Part shown: positions 19,831 to 30,267 of the stretch, in pieces
Layout: each line of letters starts with the position of its first letter
How positions within the stretch are numbered: the stretch's first letter is position 1
Origin: Microcoleus sp.
Lineage (GTDB): Bacteria > Cyanobacteriota > Cyanobacteriia > Cyanobacteriales > Microcoleaceae
Reading direction: 5' to 3'
Length of the DNA stretch: 64,000 bases
Assembly: GCA_052279835.1 (NCBI GenBank)
Contig: CP181291.1
Span: 2,944,001-3,008,000 of the forward strand
Notes under the pieces: model-generated
Told to the model about the DNA's origin: nothing
The model's input: only the letters and a program-made list of their open reading frames with translations
Database searches by the model: none
Translations under genes and position numbers: made by a program

Positions 19831-22329
19831 ATGATAATTGAAGATGAAGAACTCCGAGATGTATTTAAGATTGCTAGTGAAGAACACTTGCAAAAACTCG
19901 ATGACGGATTGCTTTATTTGGAAGAACACCCAGGGGATGCCACTAAATTAGAAGAATTGCTGAGAGAAACCCATTCTCTCAAGGGTGATGCGGGGATGCT
20001 AGGAGTAAAAAGTGTGGCATCTTTAGCTCATCAAATGGAACATATTTTGGGAGGTGTCAAGCGCGGAGAAACTCAACTAAATTCAGATATTAGCGATCGA
20101 CTTTCCCAAGGTTTAGAAGCCATTCGCAAGCTAGTTGACGAAGCCGTAACGGGCGAAGCTTCTGGAGTTAATACATTTTACATCCTCGCTAGCATGATGG
20201 GCGCTTCTAGTCAACCACAACCACAAGTTACTAGCCCCATAGTAGAAGCAGCATCTTCAAAATCACCAGAATCAGAAAACCCCTTGGTAGAAACCCCAAT
20301 TACTGAGCATCCTACCCCAGAAATAGAAACAAGTATTGAAACTTCAGAAGTCGTTAATTTAGAAAATAATTATTCTTTTTTACCTCTACAATCCGAGCAA
20401 GAATTGCTGCTGCAATCTCAAAACTTGCCTACCCCTTCGGTGTCAAATGCTTCGGATTCACCATCCCCTGCCACCGCCTTATCCACCTCATCTTATCGTA
20501 TAGAAACCATTCGCGTTGCTACCCAAAATTTAGATGATTTAATGACTCAAGCTGGGGAACTTACTGTCACCAAAACTCGACTGGGACACCGAGTGGCAGA
20601 TATCGAACAAATTACGACTTTGTGGGAAGAGTGGAGTCGAGAATATTTTGTCACTAGCTTGACTTTTCATCAGATACAAATAGATGAAAACAGGATGAAA
20701 GAAAATGATAAATTCATGCAATTGCAGAATTACTGTCAACGTACCCAAGAACGTTTAGAACGGCTTGGCATTTTAGTCAACCGCTTGAAAAATTTAGTGT
20801 ATGAAGATACGGCGAGACTTGAAATAATTGCCGAGGAACTAGAATCAGGAATTCGCACTCTCAGACTGCTGCCTTTGTCTACTATTTTTAATTTATTTTC
20901 TAGAACTGTAAGAGACTTAGCGAAACGGGAAGGTAAAGAAGTTGCCTTAGTGATTGAAGGAGGCGAAACTACAGCAGACAAACGCATTTTAGAGGAAATG
21001 AAAGACCCTTTGATGCACATGATTCGGAATGCGATCGACCACGGAATTGAAACTGTTGCAGAACGCCAAAAAATCGGCAAACCTCCTGTGGCAACTCTCC
21101 GAATTAAAGGTTATGCTATAGCCAGTAATGTGATTATTGAAGTGGCTGATGATGGTCGGGGACTAAATCTTGAGCGTATTAAACAAACGGCCATAAAACG
21201 TAATATTTGTACGTTAGAACAACTTGCAGCTATGACCACAAGTCAAGTACAATCTTTGATTTTTGCTCCTGGTTTTTCGACCAGAACATTTGTGACTGAA
21301 GTATCGGGACGTGGGGTGGGTTTAGATGTAGTGCGTACTAATGTTGAAGCCTTGAAAGGTACTATTCAAGTGGATTCTTTGCCGGGACAAGGATGCACTT
21401 TTAGATTGCAACTAAGTACGTCTTTAGCTACAGCGAATGTATTGATTGTAGTAGTTGAAGACATTGCTTATGCTCTGCCACTAGAGTTTGTAGAAACAGC
21501 ACAATTAGTTTCTTATTCTGATATTTTTGCTATGGAAGGTAGGGAAACTGTACTTTTAAAAGGTCAGCCTCTGTCAGTGTCTCATCTGAGAGATTTACTG
21601 GAATTAAATAATCAAACCTGGATGCAAAATCGGGCTGGTAAAGAGGAAAATTGGAACGAACTTTACCCCCATAGTCCCAAGGAATTTATGGGTTCAAATT
21701 CGGGAAAAATTCCTTGTATTATTTTAAAGATAGGAGAGGAAAGATTGGGATTATTTGTAGATGCTTTAATAGACGAACAGGATGTGGTGATTAAACCTCA
21801 AAGTAAATTACTAAAAAGGGTGCGAAATGTTTCCGGTGCAACAATTCTTGGTAACGGGGAAGTTTGTATGGTACTGAATCCCCAGGATTTGATAAAATCG
21901 GTACGCAAGCAAGTTTTGTCGCGTACTATTGCTGGTTTGCGATCGCCCATGGAGACTGCCAGCCGAAAACAAGTTATACTTTTAGCAGAAGACTCGATCG
22001 CCACCCGCACTCAAGAAAAACGCATCCTGGAAAGTGCAGGTTATGAAGTGGTGACAGCCGTAGATGGATTGGATGCGTTCAATAAATTAAAAACTCGCAA
22101 TTTTGATGCGGTGATTTCTGATGTGCAAATGCCAAATTTGGATGGTTTGGGACTGACTGTTAAGATTCGTCAGCAACAAAAATACAGTGATTTGCCGATA
22201 ATTTTAGTGACTTCTTTGGCTTCGGATGAAGATAGAAAGAGAGGTGCTGATGCGGGGGCAAATGCTTATATTCCTAAAGGTACTTTTAATCAAGATGTGT
22301 TGGTAGAGACTTTAAAAAGGTTAGTTTAG
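19831..22329 (+). CDS. cheA: Hybrid CheA histidine kinase (Hpt-dimerisation-HATPase-CheW-REC; WspE-like)
   Basis: HSLKG Hpt motif, IRNAIDHGIE, DDGRG, GFST..VSGRGVGLDVV, C-terminal receiver (AEDS, ISDVQMP). Confidence 0.95.
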   Translation: MIIEDEELRDVFKIASEEHLQKLDDGLLYLEEHPGDATKLEELLRETHSLKGDAGMLGVKSVASLAHQMEHILGGVKRGETQLNSDISDRLSQGLEAIRKLVDEAVTGEASGVNTFYILASMMGASSQPQPQVTSPIVEAASSKSPESENPLVETPITEHPTPEIETSIETSEVVNLENNYSFLPLQSEQELLLQSQNLPTPSVSNASDSPSPATALSTSSYRIETIRVATQNLDDLMTQAGELTVTKTRLGHRVADIEQITTLWEEWSREYFVTSLTFHQIQIDENRMKENDKFMQLQNYCQRTQERLERLGILVNRLKNLVYEDTARLEIIAEELESGIRTLRLLPLSTIFNLFSRTVRDLAKREGKEVALVIEGGETTADKRILEEMKDPLMHMIRNAIDHGIETVAERQKIGKPPVATLRIKGYAIASNVIIEVADDGRGLNLERIKQTAIKRNICTLEQLAAMTTSQVQSLIFAPGFSTRTFVTEVSGRGVGLDVVRTNVEALKGTIQVDSLPGQGCTFRLQLSTSLATANVLIVVVEDIAYALPLEFVETAQLVSYSDIFAMEGRETVLLKGQPLSVSHLRDLLELNNQTWMQNRAGKEENWNELYPHSPKEFMGSNSGKIPCIILKIGEERLGLFVDALIDEQDVVIKPQSKLLKRVRNVSGATILGNGEVCMVLNPQDLIKSVRKQVLSRTIAGLRSPMETASRKQVILLAEDSIATRTQEKRILESAGYEVVTAVDGLDAFNKLKTRNFDAVISDVQMPNLDGLGLTVKIRQQQKYSDLPIILVTSLASDEDRKRGADAGANAYIPKGTFNQDVLVETLKRLV

Positions 22330-22404
22330 TCATTAGTCATTAGTCATTAGTTATTAGTCATTAGTTAGTAGTCAACAGTCAACAGTCAACAGTCAACAGT
22401 CAAC
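22321..22404 (+). repeat. STRR heptamer arrays (TTAGTCA then ACAGTCA)
   Basis: Tandem heptamers directly after the cheA stop. Confidence 0.85.
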
Positions 22405-22443
22405 GCCCTAGGCCCAATTAATTCCCCATTCCCCTAAAAACTG

Positions 22444-23532
22444 ATGTTATCGCCTATTAAAGTATTATTAGTTGAAGATTCTCCAGTAGTGACGATCATC
22501 CTCAAACGAATTTTTGACTCCTCCCCAGAAATCAAAGTTGTCGGTACTGCTTGCAACGGATTAGAAGCACTAGAATTAATCCCAAAACTTCAGCCACAAG
22601 TCATCTGTACCGATTTAAATATGGCACCCATGAACGGGTTAGAATTCACCCAAGAAGTAATGAAGAAATATCCTCTACCAATTTTAGTCATCAGTGCTTC
22701 CGTGCAAGCCGATGATACACAGAATGTATTTCAACTGTTAAAAGCAGGTGCATTGGATGTTTTTCCCAAACCGATGGGCGGGTTGGCTTCAGATTACGAT
22801 CGCCTTACTAATCAATTAATCGCTAAAATTAAAATCCTGTCAGGAGTGAAAGTATTTACACGGCATCAAAAACTCGTACCCACCGAACCTATTAACAAAA
22901 ATTTCAAAAAAATTAACCCATTACCAGTTTCTCCTTACCAATTTTCCCCAGAAAATGTCAAATCTCCCACTATTAAACTATTGGCTATAGGGGCTTCTAC
23001 AGGAGGCCCACAGGCATTGCACGGGATTATTTCTAAGCTGCCGGCTAATTTCCCCGTGCCTGTAATTTGTATCCAGCACATTAGTGAAGGTTTTTTGCAA
23101 GGATTAGTTGATTGGCTGGGCTATGAATCGAAACTACCTGTTAAAATAGCTGCTTTTGGCGAATTGCCACAAGCGGGTACTGTTTATTTCCCACCGGAAA
23201 AATTTCATTTAGAATTGGACTCTAAAGGGCGATTTGTTTATTCAGAAGCTCCTCCTGTCGGGGGACACTGCCCTTCTGTAACAGTGACATTTAAGTCAGT
23301 AGCTAATTTTTATAATCGCGCCGCTGCTGCGGTGTTGCTGACAGGTATGGGCAGAGATGGTGCTGACGGAATGTTGGCGATCGCCAAAGTTGGTGGTTTG
23401 ACAATAGCCCAAGACGAAGCTACCTCTGTTGTCTTCGGGATGCCCAAGGAGGCGATCGCCCTAGGTGCTGTGCAACAAATTCTGCCCATTAGCGCCATCG
23501 CTCCTTTCCTGTTGGCTAAATTTAAAATTTAG
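22444..23532 (+). CDS. cheB: CheB methylesterase with N-terminal receiver domain
   Basis: REC domain, then GASTGGP, QHIS, LLTGMGRDGA, VVFGMP. Confidence 0.95.
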   Translation: MLSPIKVLLVEDSPVVTIILKRIFDSSPEIKVVGTACNGLEALELIPKLQPQVICTDLNMAPMNGLEFTQEVMKKYPLPILVISASVQADDTQNVFQLLKAGALDVFPKPMGGLASDYDRLTNQLIAKIKILSGVKVFTRHQKLVPTEPINKNFKKINPLPVSPYQFSPENVKSPTIKLLAIGASTGGPQALHGIISKLPANFPVPVICIQHISEGFLQGLVDWLGYESKLPVKIAAFGELPQAGTVYFPPEKFHLELDSKGRFVYSEAPPVGGHCPSVTVTFKSVANFYNRAAAAVLLTGMGRDGADGMLAIAKVGGLTIAQDEATSVVFGMPKEAIALGAVQQILPISAIAPFLLAKFKI

Positions 23533-23535
23533 AAC

Positions 23536-23916
23536 TTATTGCTTGATAAATTTATGAATTACCTCGCGTAACATATCAGCATCAAAGGGCTTAGTTAAAT
23601 ACTCCGTTGCTCCAGCCAAGCGCCCCTGTACCTTATCAAAAGCTCCATCTCGCCCTGTCAGCATGACGATGGGCAAGTTCTGAAACTGAGGTAAACTACG
23701 CACGGTGCGGCAGAGTTCCAATCCGTCAATACCGGGCATTGAAACATCCAGTAGCAAAACCGCAACTTGTTCGTGATAAATAGTTGACAAAGCATCCACC
23801 GCATTGTCAGTCACCAGCACCCGAAACTCTTTGCTTAAAGCCTGTTTGACCAATCCTTGCATTACCGCGCTATCATCAACAGCCAGAATAGTTGGTAAGC
23901 TGCTACTTGCAGACAT
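23536..23916 (-). CDS. Single-domain response regulator (CheY-like)
   Basis: AVDDS, LLDVSMPGIDG, MLT, YLTKPF motifs. Confidence 0.92.
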   Translation of the reverse strand: MSASSSLPTILAVDDSAVMQGLVKQALSKEFRVLVTDNAVDALSTIYHEQVAVLLLDVSMPGIDGLELCRTVRSLPQFQNLPIVMLTGRDGAFDKVQGRLAGATEYLTKPFDADMLREVIHKFIKQ

Positions 23917-24560
23917 ATTCTTCTCCCCAATCTATAATCTATTTATACTTCTTTCAAGAAGTATGCAACATAATTTCACTGTTTCATTTTTGAGTTTTCC
24001 CCAGAGGGACTAACTGCCAATGCTTTGCTATCCCGATTACTTGTGAGTTGTTACCGCTACTGGCGCGTCGGATGCGCCAATGTGGCTTGGGAGCATTCAT
24101 CCGCCTTGTGCGACTGACTCGCCTTCACCGCCAGCCCTAATTTCGACCGATGCACCAGAGGGTGAATGATATCGCTTCCAAGGAGTTTTATCCACTATTG
24201 TTACGAAATTTAACAAGTTAGGAATTTTTTCCACTGAATTTTCTAGCTGTACTTCAGTAGCAGGCATCATGGCTAGGAGTAGGACACTGGTATTGTGACA
24301 CACACTCAGGATTTTAATCTACCAGTGTGACCACTAGCTGCCTGATATAAATACGTTAGAAAAAATTTATACTGAATGAATAAACTAAATCTAAGTAACG
24401 ATCTCAGTCCCCCAACTCCCCATTTCCCACATATCTCTAAACCAGGCACAATGATCCTAGATGCCACTAGGCTACAGTCTGCCCAAACCACAATCTATGC
24501 CTTTTGATTCTATTCTCTATTGATAATTCTTAGCAAAAGCAACTCAACGGGCAGTCACAC

Positions 24561-27218
24561 ATGAAAGCACCCTTGCCTTTTACGAAAAAAGTGTTAAAGC
24601 TCCACAATATAGACCTGTATCAGATCCTCGGATCTGCTTCGGAGGCTTGTTTCGATGATTTGGCTGGCTTAGCTGCTCAGATGACTCGGACTTCTATGGC
24701 TGTTGTGAGTTTGAATGACTCTAACGGTCACTGGCTCAAGTCTCAGGTAGGTCTCGATCGCGCTTTTACCCACCACTACCTCAATTTTTGTGCCCTGGCG
24801 ATCGGTCAAAATCCTCAAGAGCTCGATCGACTCTCCGCATCTAACTCCGAAGTTAGCATCATCCCAGACGCTGCCACCGATCCCCGATTGGCCAGTCATC
24901 ACCTAGTGGCCTCTGACCCTTTTGTGAAATTTTACGCCGGAGTGCCGATCGTCACCAAGGACGGGGAAATGCTGGGAATCCTCTCGGTCATGGATGCCGT
25001 ACCGAAAGACTTGACAAAAGAAGCGATAAATGGTATTGAAGCTTTGAGTCGGCAAGTTGCTACCCTGGTGGAACTGCGTTGCCAACTAGCCCAAGCCCAG
25101 GAACATGGCACTAAGCTAGAACCAACCAAGGAGGACTCAGGAGAATTACCGGAATTAGAGCGATCGTCCAAGGACGAATTCTTCTCAGGCGTACAGAAGC
25201 CAGAGGAAGCCACGAATATATTTAGCACCAAAAATCTCTCCGTGTTCGGCGATGGTGGGACATCGATTTATCCGTGGGAAACTGCCCTCATCGACCAGCA
25301 GCCAGTAGAAATAGCGCTCCGAGAAAGCCACGAGCGATCGCGCCTGTCCACGTTGCAAGCTCAAGTGGGTACGACCCTGGGACAAGGTGGGACTATACCG
25401 ACGATGCTCAAGGGCTGCATCGACGCCATAGTCAAACACCTAGACGCCACAGCGACGAGCATCTGGACGTTGAACCCGCAGACCGATCGACTAGAATTGC
25501 AAGCTGCTTCAGGACACAGCAATCCAGCCTGGGAGTTGGAGATAGAGGAGTGGATGCGAACAGAACCAGGAAAACTGCCCACAGCCCCCCTGTTGCTGCT
25601 GTCGATGCCATCTGCGATCGCCTTTGGTCTGATTGTGGAGAAGCGACTGGTGGGAGTGATGGCCCTGTGCTGCCGCCATGCAACTACGGAGGGAACCCTA
25701 GAGGCGATCGTCTCCATGGCTAACGTGATTGCTGTGGGGATCGATCGGGTGAAAGCTCGCGAAGAATTGTTGAGTAGGCCCGAAGGTTTGCTGTTTGGTC
25801 TCGCCAGCCAAATGCGAAACTCCCTGGACCTCGACAAAATTTTAGATACTGCCGTCAACCAAATTCGTAACTTATTACAGATTGACCAATGCTACTTTTT
25901 ATGGTACTCAGTCTCACCCCAGAACCAGGAGAGCTTTGCGATGACCCACGAGGCGGCAAATCCAGAGTTGAAGGACAGACTAGCAGATTACCCGATCGCC
26001 CAAATCACGCTCCTGGGTGAAAAAATTCGTCACCGCCAACCGCTCAGGATCGGCGATGTGGCAAATACCACTTGCATTGAAGCACCCACGCAAGCTTTTT
26101 TGGCAGAGTTGGGAATTGCGTCCAAGCTGCTGCTACCGCTCAAGACTCGCGCCGGTCAAATGGGAGCAATTGTTTGCAATCACTACAGCAACCGCCGGGA
26201 GTGGTCCTTGAGCGAAGTAGAATTGCTGCAAGCGGTGGTAGACCAACTGGCGATCGCGATCGACCAAGCCGAACTTTACGCCCAAAGTCGCGCCACCGCT
26301 TTAGCAGCTCAAACTCAAGCCCGCCAACTAAGCGAAACATTGCTGAATTTGCAGCAAAAAGAAGCTCAACTCATCCAAAACGAAAAAATGTCATCTCTCG
26401 GTCAAATGGTGGCCGGTGTCGCCCACGAAATTAACAATCCCGTAAACTTTATTTACGGCAACTTGACTTACTGCGAGCAGTACATGAAAGATCTGCTGGA
26501 TTTGCTGCGCTTGTACCAAAAACACTACCCCGAACCCTGCGCCGAAATTCTCCACAAGAGCGAAGAAATTGATGTGGATTTCGTCATCCCCGACTTGCTG
26601 AAAATTTTGTCTTCCATGGAGATGGGAGTCGAACGCATCCGTAAAATAGTCGTTTCTTTGCGGAACTTCTCGCGACACGACGAAGGCGAGATGAAGCCCG
26701 TGGACATTCACGAAGGCATAGATAGCACCTTGCTGATTTTGAACAGTCGCTTGAAATCCAACGGGCAGATTTCTGCGATTGAAGTAGTCAAAAATTACGG
26801 CGAGTTGCCAAAGGTGGAGTGTTACCCCAGTCAACTCAACCAAGTATTTATGAACGTGATCGGCAATGCCATCGACGCCTTGGAACATCAGCCCGCACCC
26901 AAGAAGATCGAAATTTCGACGGCGATAGTGGGAACAGACTCCCAGGAAACATCCTGGGTCAAATCCAGCGGTCAATTTGTGCTGATTCGGATTCGGGACA
27001 ATGGCCCAGGATTGACAGAAAAAGCCAAAGGTCGCTTGTTTGACCCATTTTTTACCACAAAGCCTGTGGGTAAGGGAACTGGACTGGGCTTGTCGATCAG
27101 TTATCAAATTGTGGTAGAAAAACACTCCGGGAGCTTGGAGTGTATCTCACAAACAGGACAGGGAGCGGAGTTCAGGATTAAAATCCCGATCGCTCTCCCC
27201 TCTGTGAGCAAGACTTAA
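24561..27218 (+). CDS. Multi-GAF sensor histidine kinase
   Basis: Three GAF-like domains; H-box VAHEINNP, N-box QLNQVFMNVIGNAID, DNGPG, FDPFFTTK, GTGLGL. Confidence 0.92.
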   Translation: MKAPLPFTKKVLKLHNIDLYQILGSASEACFDDLAGLAAQMTRTSMAVVSLNDSNGHWLKSQVGLDRAFTHHYLNFCALAIGQNPQELDRLSASNSEVSIIPDAATDPRLASHHLVASDPFVKFYAGVPIVTKDGEMLGILSVMDAVPKDLTKEAINGIEALSRQVATLVELRCQLAQAQEHGTKLEPTKEDSGELPELERSSKDEFFSGVQKPEEATNIFSTKNLSVFGDGGTSIYPWETALIDQQPVEIALRESHERSRLSTLQAQVGTTLGQGGTIPTMLKGCIDAIVKHLDATATSIWTLNPQTDRLELQAASGHSNPAWELEIEEWMRTEPGKLPTAPLLLLSMPSAIAFGLIVEKRLVGVMALCCRHATTEGTLEAIVSMANVIAVGIDRVKAREELLSRPEGLLFGLASQMRNSLDLDKILDTAVNQIRNLLQIDQCYFLWYSVSPQNQESFAMTHEAANPELKDRLADYPIAQITLLGEKIRHRQPLRIGDVANTTCIEAPTQAFLAELGIASKLLLPLKTRAGQMGAIVCNHYSNRREWSLSEVELLQAVVDQLAIAIDQAELYAQSRATALAAQTQARQLSETLLNLQQKEAQLIQNEKMSSLGQMVAGVAHEINNPVNFIYGNLTYCEQYMKDLLDLLRLYQKHYPEPCAEILHKSEEIDVDFVIPDLLKILSSMEMGVERIRKIVVSLRNFSRHDEGEMKPVDIHEGIDSTLLILNSRLKSNGQISAIEVVKNYGELPKVECYPSQLNQVFMNVIGNAIDALEHQPAPKKIEISTAIVGTDSQETSWVKSSGQFVLIRIRDNGPGLTEKAKGRLFDPFFTTKPVGKGTGLGLSISYQIVVEKHSGSLECISQTGQGAEFRIKIPIALPSVSKT

Positions 27219-27272
27219 ACCTAGCGGGCGATCGTCTTCCAGAAAAATTTTCAAATTTTTTTGTCAAACCCC

Positions 27273-27303
27273 TTGACAAATTCCGGCATCCCAATGGTAA
27301 GAT
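27273..27303 (+). promoter_or_regulatory. Probable tRNA promoter
   Basis: TTGACA (27273-78) and TGgTAAGAT (extended -10-like, 27295-303) just upstream of the tRNA; the 19-bp spacer is longer than ideal. Confidence 0.5.
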
Positions 27304-27320
27304 AATAAAGGTTAAGACAT

Positions 27321-27392
27321 TGGGGCGTCGCCAAGTGGTAAGGCAGCTGGTTTTGGTCCAGCCATTCAGAGGTTCGAATCCTTTCGCCCCAG
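27321..27392 (+). tRNA. trnQ: tRNA-Gln(TTG)
   Basis: Acceptor stem TGGGGCG/CGCCCCA, D-loop CCAAGTGGTAAGG, anticodon arm GCTGG-TTTTGGT-CCAGC, T-loop GGTTCGAATCC; CCA not encoded. Confidence 0.95.
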
Positions 27393-27490
27393 TTAAATCA
27401 TAAATAAACAATAAAGAAGCAGAATGAAAAGTACATAACTTTTCAAGGGCAGACACCATGCCTACCCCACAATGATTTTATTGCTGAATA

Positions 27491-28735
27491 TTATTTTTGG
27501 GGATTACGAGTATTCAGGCGATCGAAAATCGATCGCGAAATTGCCGGAAATATGGTTTCGTCCTTGGCATAGGCCGGATCGTCAGCGAAAACGACTAAGA
27601 TATAAATCGCTCGATCGTCTAAAGTCCTGACAAACGCCACTTCGCTGCGACACTTGGAAGTATAACCCACTTTAGAACCAAAATAAATATTAGTTGGCAA
27701 AGATTCCCCAAGAAATCCCTGTATCGAGTTACTAGGGTCATTTTTCCAAGCCTTGGGGTCTAAATCTCGCGTCAGCAAGTAAGCCATTTTGCGACTGGCG
27801 ATGCTGGAAACAGCTTGTCTGGTATAAATTTCATACATTAATCTGGCTCCTTGATCGGTAGTTACTTGATTCCGAATCCGCTGATTCCGGTCTCCTTGCA
27901 ACTGCAATTCCCGACCTGTAGGCTGTTCTTGCTTTAAATAATATATCGGATAATTTTTAGTGGTTAAACTAATATTTTCATAACCCGATGACTGAAAAAA
28001 TGTATTAATTTGATTCCTTTTTGCCAGCCAATTTTCCCAGGTTTCTCCTGCTAATTTACCCCCTGATTCTGTATCGGTAATCTTGTCTAAAATCCTGCTA
28101 GCTGCGTCGTTGTTGGAAACACGAATCATTTGTTCTAAATCGGAAGTAAAAGCCGATTCTTTTTCGGCGATTAGGCCTTTTTCCATGGCTGAGTAAAACG
28201 CAGCCATCCAAAATAATTTAGCCACGCTAGCGGGAAATCTCAGGGTTTGATTTTGATATCCGGCGAAGGTGTGGGCTTGGGAATTGCTGACATCCAGCAA
28301 GCTAATTGATAGTGGTTCTATGGGTAATCCTTTGGAGGCCGCAATCTGCACTGCTTCATCAACAATAACTTGCAATTCTTGAGAATAAACTGGATTGGGT
28401 GGTGTTTTGATATTATAGGTGAAGCTACTATCGGCATTGGAGTCTCCGACATTTTCTGGTGTGGAAATTGTCGGGGGGGCGATCGTCTCTTGAGGCGAGA
28501 TTACAGGCGGTTCCATGGGACGACGACCTCTAAATGGTAGTGTGACGATCCAACTGATGGCGATCGCCCCTAGAATTAAATACAGAATATTGCGATATTT
28601 TAACCGAGCCCAAGTCGTTCTCCGTCGGCGACGGGACTTGAATGGACGCTGATTAGTTGGGCGTCCTGGGCTGGTGCGTCCTTTGGTGGTTGGGCGTCTG
28701 GGGGAGATGGGGCGGCGGCGGCGGTCTACTTGCAT
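27491..28735 (-). CDS. Membrane-anchored serine hydrolase, class A beta-lactamase-like
   Basis: Arg/Pro-rich N-terminus, one TM helix, then PASVAK, SNN, KVG motifs. Confidence 0.85.
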   Translation of the reverse strand: MQVDRRRRPISPRRPTTKGRTSPGRPTNQRPFKSRRRRRTTWARLKYRNILYLILGAIAISWIVTLPFRGRRPMEPPVISPQETIAPPTISTPENVGDSNADSSFTYNIKTPPNPVYSQELQVIVDEAVQIAASKGLPIEPLSISLLDVSNSQAHTFAGYQNQTLRFPASVAKLFWMAAFYSAMEKGLIAEKESAFTSDLEQMIRVSNNDAASRILDKITDTESGGKLAGETWENWLAKRNQINTFFQSSGYENISLTTKNYPIYYLKQEQPTGRELQLQGDRNQRIRNQVTTDQGARLMYEIYTRQAVSSIASRKMAYLLTRDLDPKAWKNDPSNSIQGFLGESLPTNIYFGSKVGYTSKCRSEVAFVRTLDDRAIYILVVFADDPAYAKDETIFPAISRSIFDRLNTRNPQK

Positions 28736-28914
28736 TACAGTGGTGTGGTATCAAACTCGCAGGATCAGTGTATAATGAGGCGGCCTCTAAATGACAACTG
28801 TGTCGATCGACTCAGTTTTTGCCAGTTTTCAATGTTTTATGGGCTGATTGATAGTTCTGGTAATTGTAAAAATCTCAGGATAGCACTCCGTTGAAACAAC
28901 ATCCATTGAAAAAT

Positions 28915-30060
28915 ATGAGAAATTTTTGGGGGCTGGCTGTTTTGGGATTAACAATAGTTGGCGTTAGTAATTCTTTGATACCTTCGGTTGTGGTATTTGT
29001 CCCCCAATCTGCTGCTGCTGAACCTATTGTCCATCTACAAACAGCCAGACGCAACGCGGATATGTCGCCAGAGTTTACAGAAGCAAGCCCAAATGTGGAT
29101 GTAACAAACCAGCCAACTATTTTCAGTAGCAGTAGTTGGTTTTGGGAATTAAAAAATTTACCCCAAATTTCCTACACTCAATTGCTTGACTTGTTGGTCA
29201 GACAACCTGATGCCAATCATATTACTACAGAAACCGTTGCACATCCTGAAGACATAGCACGTTTTGAGCGGGTTGTAAAGTATGCAAAACAACAAAATTT
29301 GCAGGCTCGCCCCATGGGAGAAATTGTACAGGCGATCGGCGATTATTTTCTCGGTCAACCCTACGTTGAGGGTTTGTTAGATAAATCCGGGACCGAAAAA
29401 TTAGTCATCACTTTAGACAAGTTTGATTGCGTCTTATTTGTCGAAACTGTACTGGCGATCGCACGGGGTGTGGCCGCCCAAGATTACGATTATCCAAATT
29501 TTGTAAATAGGATTGAGTCCCAGCGCTATTTAAACGGTAAAATCAACGGTTATTGCAGCCGCTTGCACTATTTTTCGGAATGGATAAATGACAATCAAAA
29601 ACGCGCAAATGTAGAAAATATCACAGCCAAGTTGGGAGGAGTACCTCTTGATAAAAAACTCAATTTCATGAGTCAGCACCGCAGCAGTTATCCCCAAATG
29701 CGGCAGGATGAAGCTACTTATCAGTGCATTGTTAACATTGAAACTGATTTGGCTAAATCTACAGTTAATTACATACCAAAAAATCAGATTAAAAATATTT
29801 ATTCTGATTTAAAACCAGGGGATATTGTGGCGGTAGCTACGGATGTGAAAGGATTGGATGTCACCCATACTGGCTTGGTTTATCGAAATGCGGACGGGAA
29901 TCTGGGTTTGATTCATGCTTCGCCGGCGGGACAGGTGGTGGTGGCTTATGACTTACACCGATATATTGGCCGGGTTGAAAGTGCGATCGGGATTGTGGTG
30001 GCTAGGGCGATCGATCCTAGGCACAATGGAGTTAGATCAAACGAACTGCGAAGGCGCTAA
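28915..30060 (+). CDS. DUF1460 N-acetylmuramoyl-L-alanine amidase-like protein (NlpC/P60 superfamily)
   Basis: Signal peptide; FLGQPY, FDCVLFVETVLA, SRLHYFSEW, LDVTHTG, IHAS motifs. ATG at 28915 preferred over TTG at 28891. Confidence 0.85.
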   Translation: MRNFWGLAVLGLTIVGVSNSLIPSVVVFVPQSAAAEPIVHLQTARRNADMSPEFTEASPNVDVTNQPTIFSSSSWFWELKNLPQISYTQLLDLLVRQPDANHITTETVAHPEDIARFERVVKYAKQQNLQARPMGEIVQAIGDYFLGQPYVEGLLDKSGTEKLVITLDKFDCVLFVETVLAIARGVAAQDYDYPNFVNRIESQRYLNGKINGYCSRLHYFSEWINDNQKRANVENITAKLGGVPLDKKLNFMSQHRSSYPQMRQDEATYQCIVNIETDLAKSTVNYIPKNQIKNIYSDLKPGDIVAVATDVKGLDVTHTGLVYRNADGNLGLIHASPAGQVVVAYDLHRYIGRVESAIGIVVARAIDPRHNGVRSNELRRR

Positions 30061-30232
30061 GAACGCGAAGGAAGAGAGAGAAGAGATAGATTAAGATGTT
30101 GTTCTTTCTTCGCGCGATAGGGCGATCGATCCTAGGCACAATGGAGTTAGATTAAACGAACCGCGAAGGCGCTAAGAACGCGAAGGAAGAGAGAGAAGAG
30201 GCAGATTAAGATGTTGTTCTTGCTTCGCGCTA
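30003..30232 (+). repeat. Two-copy 115-bp tandem duplication
   Basis: 30003-30117 and 30118-30232 are near-identical; each begins TAGGGCGATCGATCCTAGG. Confidence 0.9.
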
Positions 30233-30267
30233 CGATCGTATTTGCAGTTAACTCCTCAAATTAGATG

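Noticed and set aside
24561..27218. Cyanobacteriochrome or phytochrome photoreceptor
   Set aside because: The GAF domains lack recognisable DXCF/DIP and Cys-His bilin-attachment motifs.
27321..27490. tRNA-Gln as a prophage or island attachment site
   Set aside because: No integrase nearby, no duplicated tRNA 3' end found, and the flanking genes look core.
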